A DNA stretch of 64,000 nt. Source: Massalongia carnosa (taxonomy: Eukaryota). Below are positions 1 through 12,690 of the stretch, piece by piece. The notes below the pieces were generated by a model. The model was not told where the DNA came from and did no database searches. It worked only from the letters and a program-made list of their open reading frames with translations. The stretch's first letter is position 1, and every line of letters starts with the position of its first letter. A program made the position numbers and the translations under genes. Location: positions 1,612,001-1,676,000 of the forward strand of contig OZ287078.1 of assembly GCA_965645245.1 (NCBI GenBank), given 5' to 3'.

Positions 1-929
1 TTCTCTCAGCCCTCAGGCCATTAATAGGGCATCTGATTGAAGAGCTGTAGGCTTGAATACTCAGCTTTCGGGATTGTCGGACGGTTTTTTATAAATTGGG
101 CTAGACAACTAGGTACCTACCTACTAACTTAGTTAACTTACGTTACCACAACTCAGTCCTGGTTTATGTAAGGAATACTTTCATGCGGCCAATTACTGCA
201 TTGTCGAGGTTAGGTTTAGGGTAGGATAAGATGTGTATGATAGAATTGGATAGGACGGGGGAAAGGACGATGGGAAAAGAAAAGAAAGGAGAGGAAAGGC
301 GGTAGGGTACAATATGTTTTTATACCTACATAATATCTCCGCCTACCCAACCCTCCCCTCTTCCTCCAAATTCTCCGTCCCCCCTCCACCTCAACTACTA
401 AGGAACCTTCCCCCCCTCCCGGCCCACCCAAAAATACTTCTTTTCCTTCTCTTTCCTTTCCCCTAAAACTATTTTCCATTGCCCTTTACCAATCTAGTAC
501 CGATTACGGTGTAGTCATTTCTCTATCTATGACCTCACACACATATAGAGTTTGAACAGGGATCGGGAATGCAGATCTGCTGGATGGGTAAGGAAGAAGG
601 CCGGGGGGGGGGGTAAACCGGAATCTTGAGTTCGGAGGGATGGACGGCAGATGCTGAATGTTGGGTATGGAGTAGTGAGCAGGAGTGAAGGGAGTTTTGG
701 GAGGAAGGATGATTTGGGGGAGCAATGAAGAAGTGAATGAGAAGAAAGGGGGTTAATCCCAACTCCGGGAAAATGCCATGATGCAACCTACCAAAACATA
801 ACACACACTTGCTCAACCCATCCATCAATAAATCAGGTACAGCGGAAAAAAAACAATGAAGAGGAAAACCCACATAAAGAAGAAAAGCTAGCAAGCGCCC
901 CCCATGAACACAACATCTCCCAGATCCTT

Positions 930-1777
930 TCACAGCACCCCATCCGCCACCCCCGTGACTTTCTTCAAATCCCCCGTTTTCCCAACGGTTTTCCCCACAT
1001 CCGCCGCTTTCTTCGGGTCTCCCGCATCCAACCCTGCAGATTTCGTCGCGTCATTTACTTTGCTACCGCCGGGCACTTTGTTCACGGTCCCATTGAGAGC
1101 GGCGGAATCTTTCTTTTCGCTGCCAGCTTTCTTATCCGCGCTGGGTTTTTTAGGAGCCGGGGTGTGCTGCTTTTCTTCTTTCAGCGCGCCGTTTTGCCTT
1201 TCCGCCCCGTTCGGCGTCTGCTCCCCGTTGAAATCCTCCAACCCTACCATCTTTTCCAAGCCGCTCTTGAACGGGGTGTGAATACCCGGAATCTCCTTTT
1301 GATTGAACCACTTGATGATGTAATACCCCCCAACGCCCCACAACCAGATGAACGCCGCAGCAAAGGTCGTGACGAACAGCACGGGGAGGAGGATCAGGAG
1401 GGCGAAGCCCACGGCCACGACGATGAAGACGAGGGCGCCGAGCAGGCCAATCAAGAGGGCGCCAAGCAGAGAGAAAACGACAACGGTGATGGTCATGATC
1501 GCGAACAAGCCAAGCGGAACACCGGTGAGGGCGACTTGGGAGAGGATGAAGGACTATAGGGGTTGGCTTTAGTCATTTTGGGTAAGGAATAGAGGGGAGG
1601 AGCGGGGGCACGAACGGCTAAAAGGGGTTTCTCGGTGGCGAATTGGGAGAGTTTGGCCCATAGCTCGTTGCGCGTTTCGGGGGGAAAGATGCGGTCGAGA
1701 AAGGATTGGCCTGTGCTTATGGCGCTGGTGATGGTGCCTTGGAGGGCGCCGGTCATGCCGCTGACGAGCTCAGCCAT
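930..1777 (-). CDS. Promethin/LDAF1-like lipid-droplet membrane protein (2 exons)
   Basis: Exon 1 (MAELVSG...EKPLLA) joins via an intron (GTTCGT...CTAAAG..TAG, ~1554-1614) to a very hydrophobic 4-TM segment and a charged low-complexity tail, the typical fungal promethin layout. Confidence 0.7.
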
Positions 1778-2679
1778 GGTTAGGGATTTTGGGGGGGGGG
1801 AGGTTAAGGGGTGGGAATTATTATGAAGAGGTCATTTAGAGTGGGTTCTGGGTTCTTGGTGAATGCACTTAGTTTATTTTATAGAACATCTGATGCCGAT
1901 GTTTTCGTAGTGATATGAATGTTTTCCATCATGGTTATACGAGTGTGCTGGATGTTTTACTCCAACGGGCGGGAAAGTAGCAACGAACTAAAGCAGGAAT
2001 TTATTTGGTACATGAAGGGGAGGGGTTTGAAAATGACGTCATCTAAGAACCATCACGTGCTAAATCTCGGAATCTCGATGAAATCAGGTTCCGTTCCGCT
2101 CCGTTTGCTGCCGAATCTCGGGGAATAGTTACTCCGGAAAATCCCGTTTCGCTGTTACCCAAGCCACCCCAAGGCTAACCAATTCCGGTTTGATATCAAC
2201 TTTACTGTGTACTATGTACACAGTACTTATTAATAGAAGATATCCTGCCGGAACTAGTTAGCCTGTGGGGGTGAGTGGGCAACAGCGGAATCCTCCGTAC
2301 GTTTAATATATAATTTCCCCTGCATGTCCAGGCTGAAAAGAGGGCTGAAAGAGGCGCAAACCTTGATAGGCTTCCCAGAACCATGCTCCCATTCAATGAT
2401 TCGACGAGACTAATCTACACTATATTCACTGATCCCCGTTCGAGCAAGTTGGAATCTAGCCCTGTCAAATCACCTTCATTACCGAACCCTTCACTGCAGG
2501 CTGATGCCATTTCCAAGCTGGCTCGACGCCGTGTTGGAAGAAAGTAACTAAAATGTGAAACGTGCCACCAAATTGGTAGACATATCGTTGAGGAGTCCGA
2601 CGCCTTTGATATAGTTAATGCTCCCGCTTTTCGGCCATGATGTTGAAGCTTGTCGAGACGAGTTTATCTGAAGGTTGGG

Positions 2680-3650
2680 ATGATCACTGCTATGCAGCAA
2701 TTTCGGTCCTTTGGCCTCTTCGTTCTGTTCTGTTGGTGCTCGACGACTCGAGCAAGTTGCTATTTACCTAATGGCACCGACGTGAATGCACACCTATCGA
2801 CCGAGGTTTACCAACCGTGCAATGCTGGCGATACCGATAGCATGTGCTGCGCTCTCAACCGGCCCTATCCCGACAAATGTCGTAGCGACGGACTTTGTTT
2901 CAGCACATTTGATCTGAACGTATGGCGAGATAGCTGTACCGATCGCACGTGGCAAAGCTCGAGCTGCGTAAAGCTTTGCAGCTCCGGCACAGGTAACACA
3001 TGATGATTGGCTCGAAGCTGCCGGGCCTTGCTAATTTCTCTTGATGTTTGCAAGGTCAATATATCGAAGGCGATGACCTGGATCTGGCCACCACTTCAGC
3101 TACCATCACCCCTTGCGGCGATGGAAGTTACTGCTGTGGCAATGGAACTCTCGCTACCGGATGTTGCAACGACAAGAAGGGAGTTTTCCTTCTGGATGGA
3201 AAAACAACCCGAAAGAATCCTTCGGGAACATCGTCGACTACCTCAAAAACCTCAACATCTACTACCGATACGACCTCCAAAACTTCCGCTATATCTTCAC
3301 TCACAACTTCATCCACAACTTCACCTTTTGTTGGGTCCGTTGCTCCAGCATCCCTAAGATCTACGCCAACCGCCTCCACGTCAAGCACACCCACCCCGAA
3401 ATCTTCCAACAAGACCGGAGCTATCGTTGGAGGCGTTATCGGCGGCGTTGCTACTCTAGTAATAATCATTGGGGCTATTTTATTTCTCATGCGATGGAAA
3501 ACTCAAAGGGGAAAGGCACCCAACGACTCTTCTTGGGGACCACAATCTTATGCCGTGCATGAGGTTCCGGAAGATGATGGAAGAAAGGAGCTGGACGCCA
3601 GGCAGATGCTTGAGCTTGACACAGGAAGAAGTCAGCACGAATTGCAGTAG
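2680..3650 (+). CDS. Type I membrane protein: signal peptide, Cys-rich ectodomain, Ser/Thr stalk, single TM (Mid2/WSC-like sensor architecture)
   Basis: CYLPNG...SMCCA...C...WRDSCTDRTW...CVKLC motif; intron 2993-3054; TPCGDGSYCCG; S/T-rich stalk; GAIVGGVIGGV TM; short cytoplasmic tail with ELD repeats. Confidence 0.75.
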
Positions 3651-5622
3651 ACAATCTTGAATGAATTCCGAGCTCAATCTTGTCATGGTGACAAGAAATG
3701 GGGCAAGAAAGGCGATAACGATCGAGGAAAGGACAATAGACAAGGAAACCCAATGTTGAATGAACAACAGACGCAAGGTCCATGGTATGCGCATTCGCTT
3801 CATTTTGACCCATTCAATGGATGGCGTTGACCATCAGTCACTTTATGCGAATATTTCATACAATATATAAGCGTCGGTTTGTTTTTTCTTGTTTGCTTCC
3901 TTCTTTGCAAGGTCTCCATGTTTGAATAACTATTCAGTTTATATATACTCGAATCCCTTTCCAATATATCTTGGTCCATCAATCGCAATGGGGCTCGTTG
4001 ACTCTATCTCCAAGCCCGCGAAATTCTCTCATACTCTCAGCCGTACGATTAGGAGTATCTTCGCTAACAGGAGCATTACTCTCAAAAAGCTTCTTTGCGC
4101 ATGCGAGATTAATCACAATTATGGAAGAAGCTTCTTGTCTCGATTTGATGGTTTAGTACAACCTGTTCCAAATGTAACGATCTCCATTGCTTGGATCAAA
4201 TATTGGGCTCAAAGATATTTTATGAATCATCTTTGATAAGGGTTACAAGCTTGACCGATATAGCATGACTCCAAAGATAGCAGTCTTCCTCTTAGAAAGA
4301 GCAAGAGCAAAATCGAAAATCAAAAATGATGCTTCAATTTTCGATTGCAAACCAACGTTGATATCATTAACAAGATTTTCGGGAGTTTTAATAGAGCTCG
4401 TCCGCAGAGAGCGGGTCACTGCGTGAAAAGTATTTTCTGCACTACTATCACCGGTAATGTATGAAATACTTGGATTTTCCAACCGACAAATGGTATCTTC
4501 GATAAAGGGCTTGTTACCGTCCCTGGTACCCGGGTTCTGGATCCTAGTTGACAACCCAATAAGACAAATTCCTACCTGAATACCTTTGCTAGGCGCAAAA
4601 TCTCAGTAAATGACCTTTGAAAAACGTTTCTTGCGACCCAGCGGAGTCTCCAAACTATAAAGATTGTTCGAATAGAATCCTCGTCATCGCAAAACTTCCA
4701 AGCAAGCTATTCAGGACTCACAGCTTTTAATTACCCTACGATATTAGAGGCTCTAAAGACCGAAACAAGTTTATTCCACCTTTGAAGACTACGCCGTATA
4801 GCAAGCAAGCTGTTAATTTATTTTCTTCAACTCAGATCGTTTCGAATATATGATTTTAAACTGGAAGCACCATGTAGCGTTCTCAACTTGCCGTCATACC
4901 TTCGCAATCATAGGCATGGCCTTTTTGAGGGAGATCGGAGAGTGAGCTCAGTTTCCGATTTAATTGTAAATGCAGAACACAGACATTTGTTGATGGCAGG
5001 TTTTGTCTGTTGGAAGCAAGTGCCCTTATCCGTAAAGCAGTTTTCTATCTTCAATAATCAACGAGCATAACTAATATGTTAGACTAATTGCAGTTTTTGA
5101 CAGAAGATTTCTGATCACCAAGACCAGTGGTGGTGCAGACATCAAGCACTATGGTCAAGCACTCATCTCTGGAATTCTCGCAAAATGTCATTTGATAAAG
5201 TAAATTCTAGTAGCATCATGCACAGCAAGGATCAAAAGGTGTTTGGTATTGAGAATATATTAAGATTTGTTTTATCCTATGAATTGGATCTGATCAAAAC
5301 GGTGACTTGAAGCACCTAGGATCTTGCTACACCAGGAAATGGGATTTTTTCCCACTTCCAAGGTCTTGATTTCGGCGTTCACATGGCAGGTGCACTAGTG
5401 TGGCATGGAGATAAGACTTCCCTGCTATATGTGATCTTCCAGGAACTTATGGAAGCTACTTCTCTGTGGGATGCTTGATATCTTCAAATATAACTCATAG
5501 CGCTCGACAAATCTAACCTTCTGAAATCTCACACACAGCATATTAGCTGATCGTTGCTTCCTGTGCCCTTCAAATCATAAGTGGTCGAGATACATTAAGC
5601 TGAGACCTTTAGAAAACCCAGA

Positions 5623-7986
5623 ATGGCAAACGGTACCCCCATCTTGGATTGGATCTCAGCTCTTCAGTCCGAGTCACACTGGCCCAGCAGGCCAGCCGAA
5701 CATGCTATTCCATTGGAAACGATCTGCCCAGCTCGAAACGAAACAAGCCCAAGAACCTACACTGGCACAGCGCTTTGCCAGCAAATACAGAAGGGCATTG
5801 ATACTGGTGCATATGAGTGTGGCATATGCTACGAAGCGGTTAATGGCCGGACTGAAATTTGGCATTGCGACATCTGCTGGGGGGTATACCATTATGATTG
5901 CATTCTAGGCTGTGCTAGTGGGCTTCAACTTGTCACGGGAGAAACTCCCATGATTGGGCTCGGGAATGAGTGGAAATGTCCCTCGTGTCGGGATGAGTAT
6001 GCAGGTCCTCCTTTGCAGAGATGCTGTGAGTTAACCTTACAAAAACATGTGGGGAATCGACTAGCTAACATACCGCTCAACCCTCCAGGGTGCTTATCTC
6101 ACGAGGGAACACAAACAAGGGCTGGCTTGCCTTTTAACTCTTGCGGTGAAAAGTGTCTGGCAGAAGTTGAATGCCGACACGAGTGTGAAGAGATATGTCA
6201 TCCTGGGCCCTGTGGCGCGTGCCAAATGTGCGCACGAGGCGTCCCAAGGCCACCCAAGGTGAGGTCAAGCTCAGAGTTATCGTTCAGGGAGACCTTTGTG
6301 CCGTTGAGTCGCCTGGTAGCTGCACAGATTCGTCACCGCAATTTCGACGAGATGTACCCAGGTCGGACAGCGGTAAACGAGCGGTTTGACATGAGGGCAA
6401 TTGAGGCAGGGAATGCGGGCCCGCAAGTCCTTCCAGCTGGGATTTTCATGCTGCCGATGATCTGCTCGATCTTGTCCTTTTGCATAGCGATGTTCATCTA
6501 TGCGTTAATAAGTGTGGTCGTCGAACCGTACAAGCACCGAGCCATTGCAGAAAACAACCATACTATGCGGGCCATGTGGGTCTTAGTTAGCCTCGGGGCT
6601 GCTAATAACTCGATATTAAACGGACTCTCTGTATGGCCCTTCAAAGTGATTATATCCACTTACTATCGCAATCTAACCACTTCTCGATTCGCCGCGCGGT
6701 GGAGGGTGGTCGGGTCGCAAACCGGCGAGTTGGCGCCGTTTTGGGAGTTTATGAGAGGAGTGTGTGAGATGGTTTTATTTTTGATAATGTTTGTTTGGGT
6801 TTTAGGTCCATTTACAAGGTATGCCGAAGATAAAGGCCCGATGGATTGCAATCGTTGATCCCTTTCTCCAGTTCCATCGCCGCTCCACTTCTCGCCAGAA
6901 AAGCCGAGTTCACGGGTGTATGCAATAATTTCGACACACGGATTATTCTCGACACGGGTAATCATTCGCCAGCTTTTCTTTCCTCACTCGTCAAAAAAAC
7001 TAATTCATTGCATAACCTCAGAAAGCAAAATGCGCCAAAATCCTAGTTTCCGCAACCTTGACGGCTACAACCCCGCGCCTCCCTACACAATGGCCATCGT
7101 CGACCGCAGCACCACCGATACCGATATCACCACTCTCGAGCTGAACTACTATGATCCCTCTTACCGTGATTTATTCGAATACCACCCGCTCTACGACCTA
7201 AGCGTCCCTCCATTCTCCCCCCACACATCATTCTTCAACCGAACCCCACCCACGCGACAAACCCTCTATCACGACCCTTTTACCAACATGACCCACGTCC
7301 GCAGTCACACTCGCCTTCTAGATGAACCTAATCCGGCCGACGTTTGGCATCACATCACCTCCCGCCAGCGCAGCGACCCGGATTTCGGTTACATATCCTT
7401 CTCCGATACCTCGTTCGACCACGTGGTTGTTACGGAACGTCCCGGCTTCTTCCGCATCCTCTATAATTGGACCAACGGCACCTGGACTTCGTACGTCGCC
7501 GGCATAATCCACAACCAGGGGACCTTCCGGCAGCTAGGGCCCCACCTCGTGCTACCCTCCATGCTGCTCGTCATCCCAAACTACGCCCGCTTCGCCGCCA
7601 GCTGCAAGATGGAGCCGTTCCTCAAGGTCCACCGCAGCCCCGTCATGCTCCCGGCCGAGGACGCTGACACCGGCGTCGCCGTCCCCATCCCGCGTGCTGA
7701 GCTCGGACTGTTGGAAGCGTACGTGGTAAGACAGCTGGATGAGCTGGCGCGGCAACCCTACCGCGAGGATAGCACTCGGAGCGTGGTGCTTCGCACGGCG
7801 GCATTCGGCGAGAAGCAGGGCGAGCTGGAGATGTGTGCGCGACGGCGCATGACCAGGTTTTCGGACGGCCAGGGCATGTATGGGCTGGGGGTTGATTTGC
7901 CCGTTCTGGTCGGCTTGTTGGCGGCGGCAAGGGTCAGGGGTGAGAAAGATGGAGGGAGGGGCAATTGTAAGGGAGCTTGGCTGTAG
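5623..7986 (+). CDS. NF-X1/FAP1-like RING-PHD zinc-finger protein fused to ~3 TM helices and a C-terminal domain (4 exons)
   Basis: YECGICYE...IWHCDICWGVYHYDCI...WKCPSC, then CWC..SCG..C..CRHECEEICHPGPC. Introns ~6026-6088, ~6819-6870 and ~6958-7021 link the two long ORFs in frame. Confidence 0.65.
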
Positions 7987-9916
7987 AATGTTTCATAGTA
8001 GGTTGTGGTGAGGTTAGAAAATAGGAATTCTTGAAGACAACAACGGTCAGACCCTCTTGCACGGAAAATTCTATATTGTTGCACCGTATCCTCTTTTTCT
8101 TTTACCGTTTCTAGTTCGATGTTGAACCGCACCCCTGCGTGTCTTTCTCTTACCTCTGACCGTTAGTTATCCCTTTCTTCTCGTCTTCTAATCTTCCGAC
8201 CAATCATTCGTACTCGCCCATTCTATTTCCACTTTACCCACACTTTCATCCATCTTTACTTCGCTCTTTCTTGCCTCCCTTCTCCTTTCATATACCCTTC
8301 TCCATCGTTATTGTAGTTCGGCTTTAAACATGGAACTCTTTTTTTTTTTTTTTTTCAAAGAACAAAGGAAAGAAAGAAAGAATTCCGTTATTTACCGTTC
8401 ACTCCTTCAGGGCGTGGCGTGGCGGACTATCTTGGGACAAAACCGAACGTTGATATGAGAGGTGGAGAGCGAGAGGGGGGGGGAGGGGGGTGAAGGATAA
8501 GGATACATGAGAGAACGTAAATTTATCGGCGTCTATCCCTTTTTTCTCCCTTTCTTTCTTTCTTTCTTTCTGGTGGTTTTCCTCATTTTCATTTCCTTGG
8601 GGAAGGGGGGAGGGGAGGGAATGTTGATAGTTTAAACCTTCGGATTGGGGGTTAGGTACGGAGTAGTTGGCGGATCACATGACAAAACGGAGTTTTATTT
8701 ACTCTATGCCCGATATACATAGGTTGCCACCTGGTTGCTTATTCCTTTCGCCTCGAAAGTTTTTATTTTATTTTTTCATTCAACCCGATTCTCGGTATGG
8801 AAAAGAATATTGGTTTGTTAATTTATGAGGAATGATTAATTTTTTACACTGCTTTTTATCGAGACATCTCTCGCTCGCTCCCTGGAACAAGCGACCTGTT
8901 GGTATTGTAGTTTACTTATTATTGTGTTATCCAGTCATCGGTTACGTTAATTATCGTGAATCACTACCAGCTACGAGTACTCGACTAATAAATCCAACCC
9001 TAACGTAAACAGCCAAACACGTACGTGCTTCATGCTTTTTGAATAACGTTTACTGCTTTCATCCTCGTGAGATTTAAGGGGGATACAGTATTTGCAGCCT
9101 AATAAGATCTCACTTTACTTACAAAGCACATACCTGTATTCCCTATCACATCATTCCGTCTTGATCCTCTCTTCTGCTCGGCCTCAAGGTTCTCTCAGAT
9201 ACTCATGCGCTCTTTCAACTCGGTCCGAACTTCGACAACGGTCTAGCCTGCATTCTTCGGGACCAAGACATGGCTCACAGTTTTAGGGGCAAAGTATATG
9301 AGGCATACAAAACGAAAGGTGTGAAGACAAAGTTTATTTTATATAAAAGACCAATTTCCACGACTCTCATTGACTGCAACATAAGACTTCGTCTGCAAGG
9401 GAAAATGGATAAACAACTGGGAGGGTTTTAATATTGTTCGAGATCGATTAATAGATCTGAAACGAGGAAGTGGCTAGACTCCCCTATTTGATTAGGCACC
9501 GTAAACATTAAATGACATGTGGAATGTGTAGAACTGTACTTAAGTAAGATGAATGGAGTAACTGAACAGAATAAATCTATAAGAAGCTGTGTCTGTATCC
9601 TATTATAGCGCTCTCAAAACATTTTTCGATCACTCGGCGTCACTGTTTAGAGGGGCTTCTTTACATTTCAGAAATCACTTACCTGAGTAGGTAAAAAACA
9701 TACTTCTAATTCCGTTGCTGAATTAATCAGTGCCAACGACGTCTTGCGTATGTATTGAGTTTACCTTGCAGACTCAAGTGCTTATAGTATGTTCCAAATG
9801 AGATGATTATAGAGAGAAAAATTGATGTTGTCGATAAAAATTGTTCACTTGCTCCAGTGATTGGTGTGCTATAAATGTGAGACTGACGACGATACATTAA
9901 AACCTGAACCGAAACT

Positions 9917-11043
9917 TGAACCGATCAGAAAAGTCTACATGAAAGGCCATTCAACAAGCTATACGCAGTCGAATGTTCAAGGGGGTCATTCTTCATGCGC
10001 GTGTCTTTACCCGTTGAGCCGCACTTCAAGACTGAGAGAGAAGTTGCCACAATCCGATACCTTCGATCCCGAACATCAGTCCCTGTACCGAACATAATTG
10101 CCAGCCAATCCTCAAGCGACAATGAGTTGAGATTCGAATGGATCTTCATGGAACGTGTTCACGGGCAGCCTCTCGCCGATGTTTGGGCTTCGCTTACGTA
10201 GGATGCAAAGGTATCTTGCGTAAAAGATGTGGCGATAATAATGGCGCAACTTTTCGAGGTGAGATATGATGCTATTAGAATCTTTTCAACGCGGAAGACC
10301 AGCCGGTCGAATAGGAGCGTCTGCAGGAGAACGATGCTACCGAGACAAATTCTGTAGTCGTTAATCGGATGGTATCAATGTTTTTTTTCTGGAACAAACA
10401 TCTCAATAGAGATGTTCCTTGTGGCCCTTTCACTTCTAACAAAGAGTGGTTGGAAGCTAGGTTTCAACTGATGGAAGAGGATTGTCGTCGTGTTCCAGGA
10501 TGCTGACGAAGACGATATTGAAGACATGGAGATGGCACAAAAACCGCTCAAGCAACTTCTGGGGCACCTTCCCTCCTTTTTCCATTCAAATACCGCCGAG
10601 CGCGAAAAGTGCGCTCTACATCACGATGAAATCTCTCGATACAACCTGATTGTCGATTTAAAAGGAAGGCTGCAGGCCCTGGTCGACTTGGAATGCGTCT
10701 CCGTCATGCCGTTGTAGGTAGGATGTCAGATTCCCTCTTTCACCGAAACGGCCGAAAAAACCAAAGCCAGAAATGTACACCCTATCTTCGCAAGAAAGCA
10801 CTAATTCTCTTTATCAAGAGCATCTCGATGAATACGAGTGTACCTGTCTACGAGAATGCTTCCTGGAGGAAATGGCAAGGCTGGCACCGGAGGTGGTTCA
10901 CAGAGGATCGAACCTCAAGGGCCAAGGCGGATTTCGATGAGGCTTCGGCAAACTGCGACGGCGGATTCGGGGCAGAGATGGTGAAGAGGTGGTTAGATCA
11001 CCTTGAGGCTGGAGGGGAGTATGGAAGTTTCCATGATTTCTGA
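9917..11043 (+). pseudogene. Degraded aminoglycoside-phosphotransferase (APH)/kinase-like gene
   Basis: Fragments in several frames: AFNKLY, FFMRVSLPVEPHFKTEREVATIRYLR...VPVP, WIFMERVHG, LHHDEIS..NLIVD, ALVDLECVSVMPL. In-frame stops and frameshifts separate them. Confidence 0.75.
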
Positions 11044-11713
11044 AATATTCCGATCACGTCTACTTCTACCAAAAGACATCCACGACCTAGCTTTCCGCCG
11101 TCCTTGACGCATGCGATAAGTTTCGAAAGTGGTTTCGGGCGAAACTAATTCAGGACAAACCCCCCATCCTTCACAGTTCCTCTTAGTTCTTTGGCACGTA
11201 TCCTCTCGTTCCCTACACCTCGTTGAATCCCATACTCATTCATCCCAATTGACCATCCTTCTTCACCCCAAGCAGCAAATAAGCGCTCCCTCTAACTGCC
11301 TTCGTGGCAGACAAGATGCCTTGGGATAGGATAGTGAGATCGGAAATGATCATTCTACCCCCCTTAATTACCATCATAATTATCTTCAAAGATGATTGAT
11401 TATAACTAGAGACGCAGCGCCCAAAACGCCCTTTCAAACAGCCTGCAACATTCCACCTCCTTCAATCAGGAAAGTTATTTACCAAAAAATACGTTCCCCG
11501 TTAGCCCTGAAATATAACTAAACCCTCCCCTAAAGCGACTTCCTACGTTATTTAAATATTTCTTTCATTCATTCAATCGAACAAGAAAGAAAGAAAAAAA
11601 AAACAGCCAAACCAAGATTGAAATCCAACATATCACAAAGCAAGGCAACCGACCGCAACCTAACTACCCGTATGAATCCACAACCCAAAACCAGCAAGAA
11701 TATAGTAAAGGGA

Positions 11714-11746
<33 letters not shown>

Positions 11747-12690
11747 AACCTGCTTGACGATGATAGGTTTTCCCAACCTCGAACCCGTTCATCCCATCCC
11801 CCTACCTATCCTTTTTTTTTAACGATGATTCTAGGAGTCGTTCCAGGCTAGCAGGTGCAGGCCGGCGGCAAGCGCCCACCGATCAATCCATCTCGCCGTT
11901 TTGTGCAATACCTATCTATGTAAGTATCCGAAAGCACAAGCTCGGTACTTACCTACCTACGTAGATAAAATAAGCTAGCCAGCCCCCCCCCCCCCCCTCC
12001 CGGCTACTCTACCTAGTCACTCCGGTTCTGTCGGGAAGGGGGAAAAAAGGGGGGAAGTAGATAATAACCTCAAAATAAACAGACAGGACTACCTAGTGCC
12101 TTAGTACGGTAAGTAGTCTTTCGTAATACCTACACCCATACCTACCATACCTGCAATATTCCAAAACCGTGAACTCTCGAGAGTGATACAAACGGAGGTG
12201 GAGAAACACTCATCCCTACCTAATCCACGCATAGATTCTCCTACTCTACATAACTAATAGGTAGGAAACTGCCTGCCCGCCCGCCTGCACTAGAGCAGCT
12301 ACACTATATATAAAACATCAAGAACATTGTCGGACCCCTCCCCCCCTAGCTAGATCTAGTTAAACAGTATTGGGGGGGGAGTTTGGAGGAAACGAACTCA
12401 TTGCATGCATGGGGAAAAAGAGCACCTCTTCAACGCGTATGTCGCCTACTAATCGTAGCTAGCTACCTTGAGTCAGGGTAAGAGAGGACATCAAGGTTCG
12501 AGTTGCTGTCCGAGGAGCAGGGGCTATTGGCATTTGCGCTGGAAATATCCGGTCAAAAGAGAGAAGGAAAAAAACAACCGGCTCCAGTTAGCCGCAAGTG
12601 CCGATGCCATGACAAATCCACCGCCCAGGCTCGCCATGCAAACTTCATTAACACAATCTATAACAGGAGCCATATTTCAAAGAGACCTCA

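Noticed and set aside
3800..5300. Possible gene remnant on the minus strand
   Set aside because: Coding-like composition but no recognisable family or consistent frame.
8994..9004. CAACCCTAAC as a telomerase RNA template
   Set aside because: A single short match is expected by chance; no pseudoknot or CR4/5 domain could be recognised.
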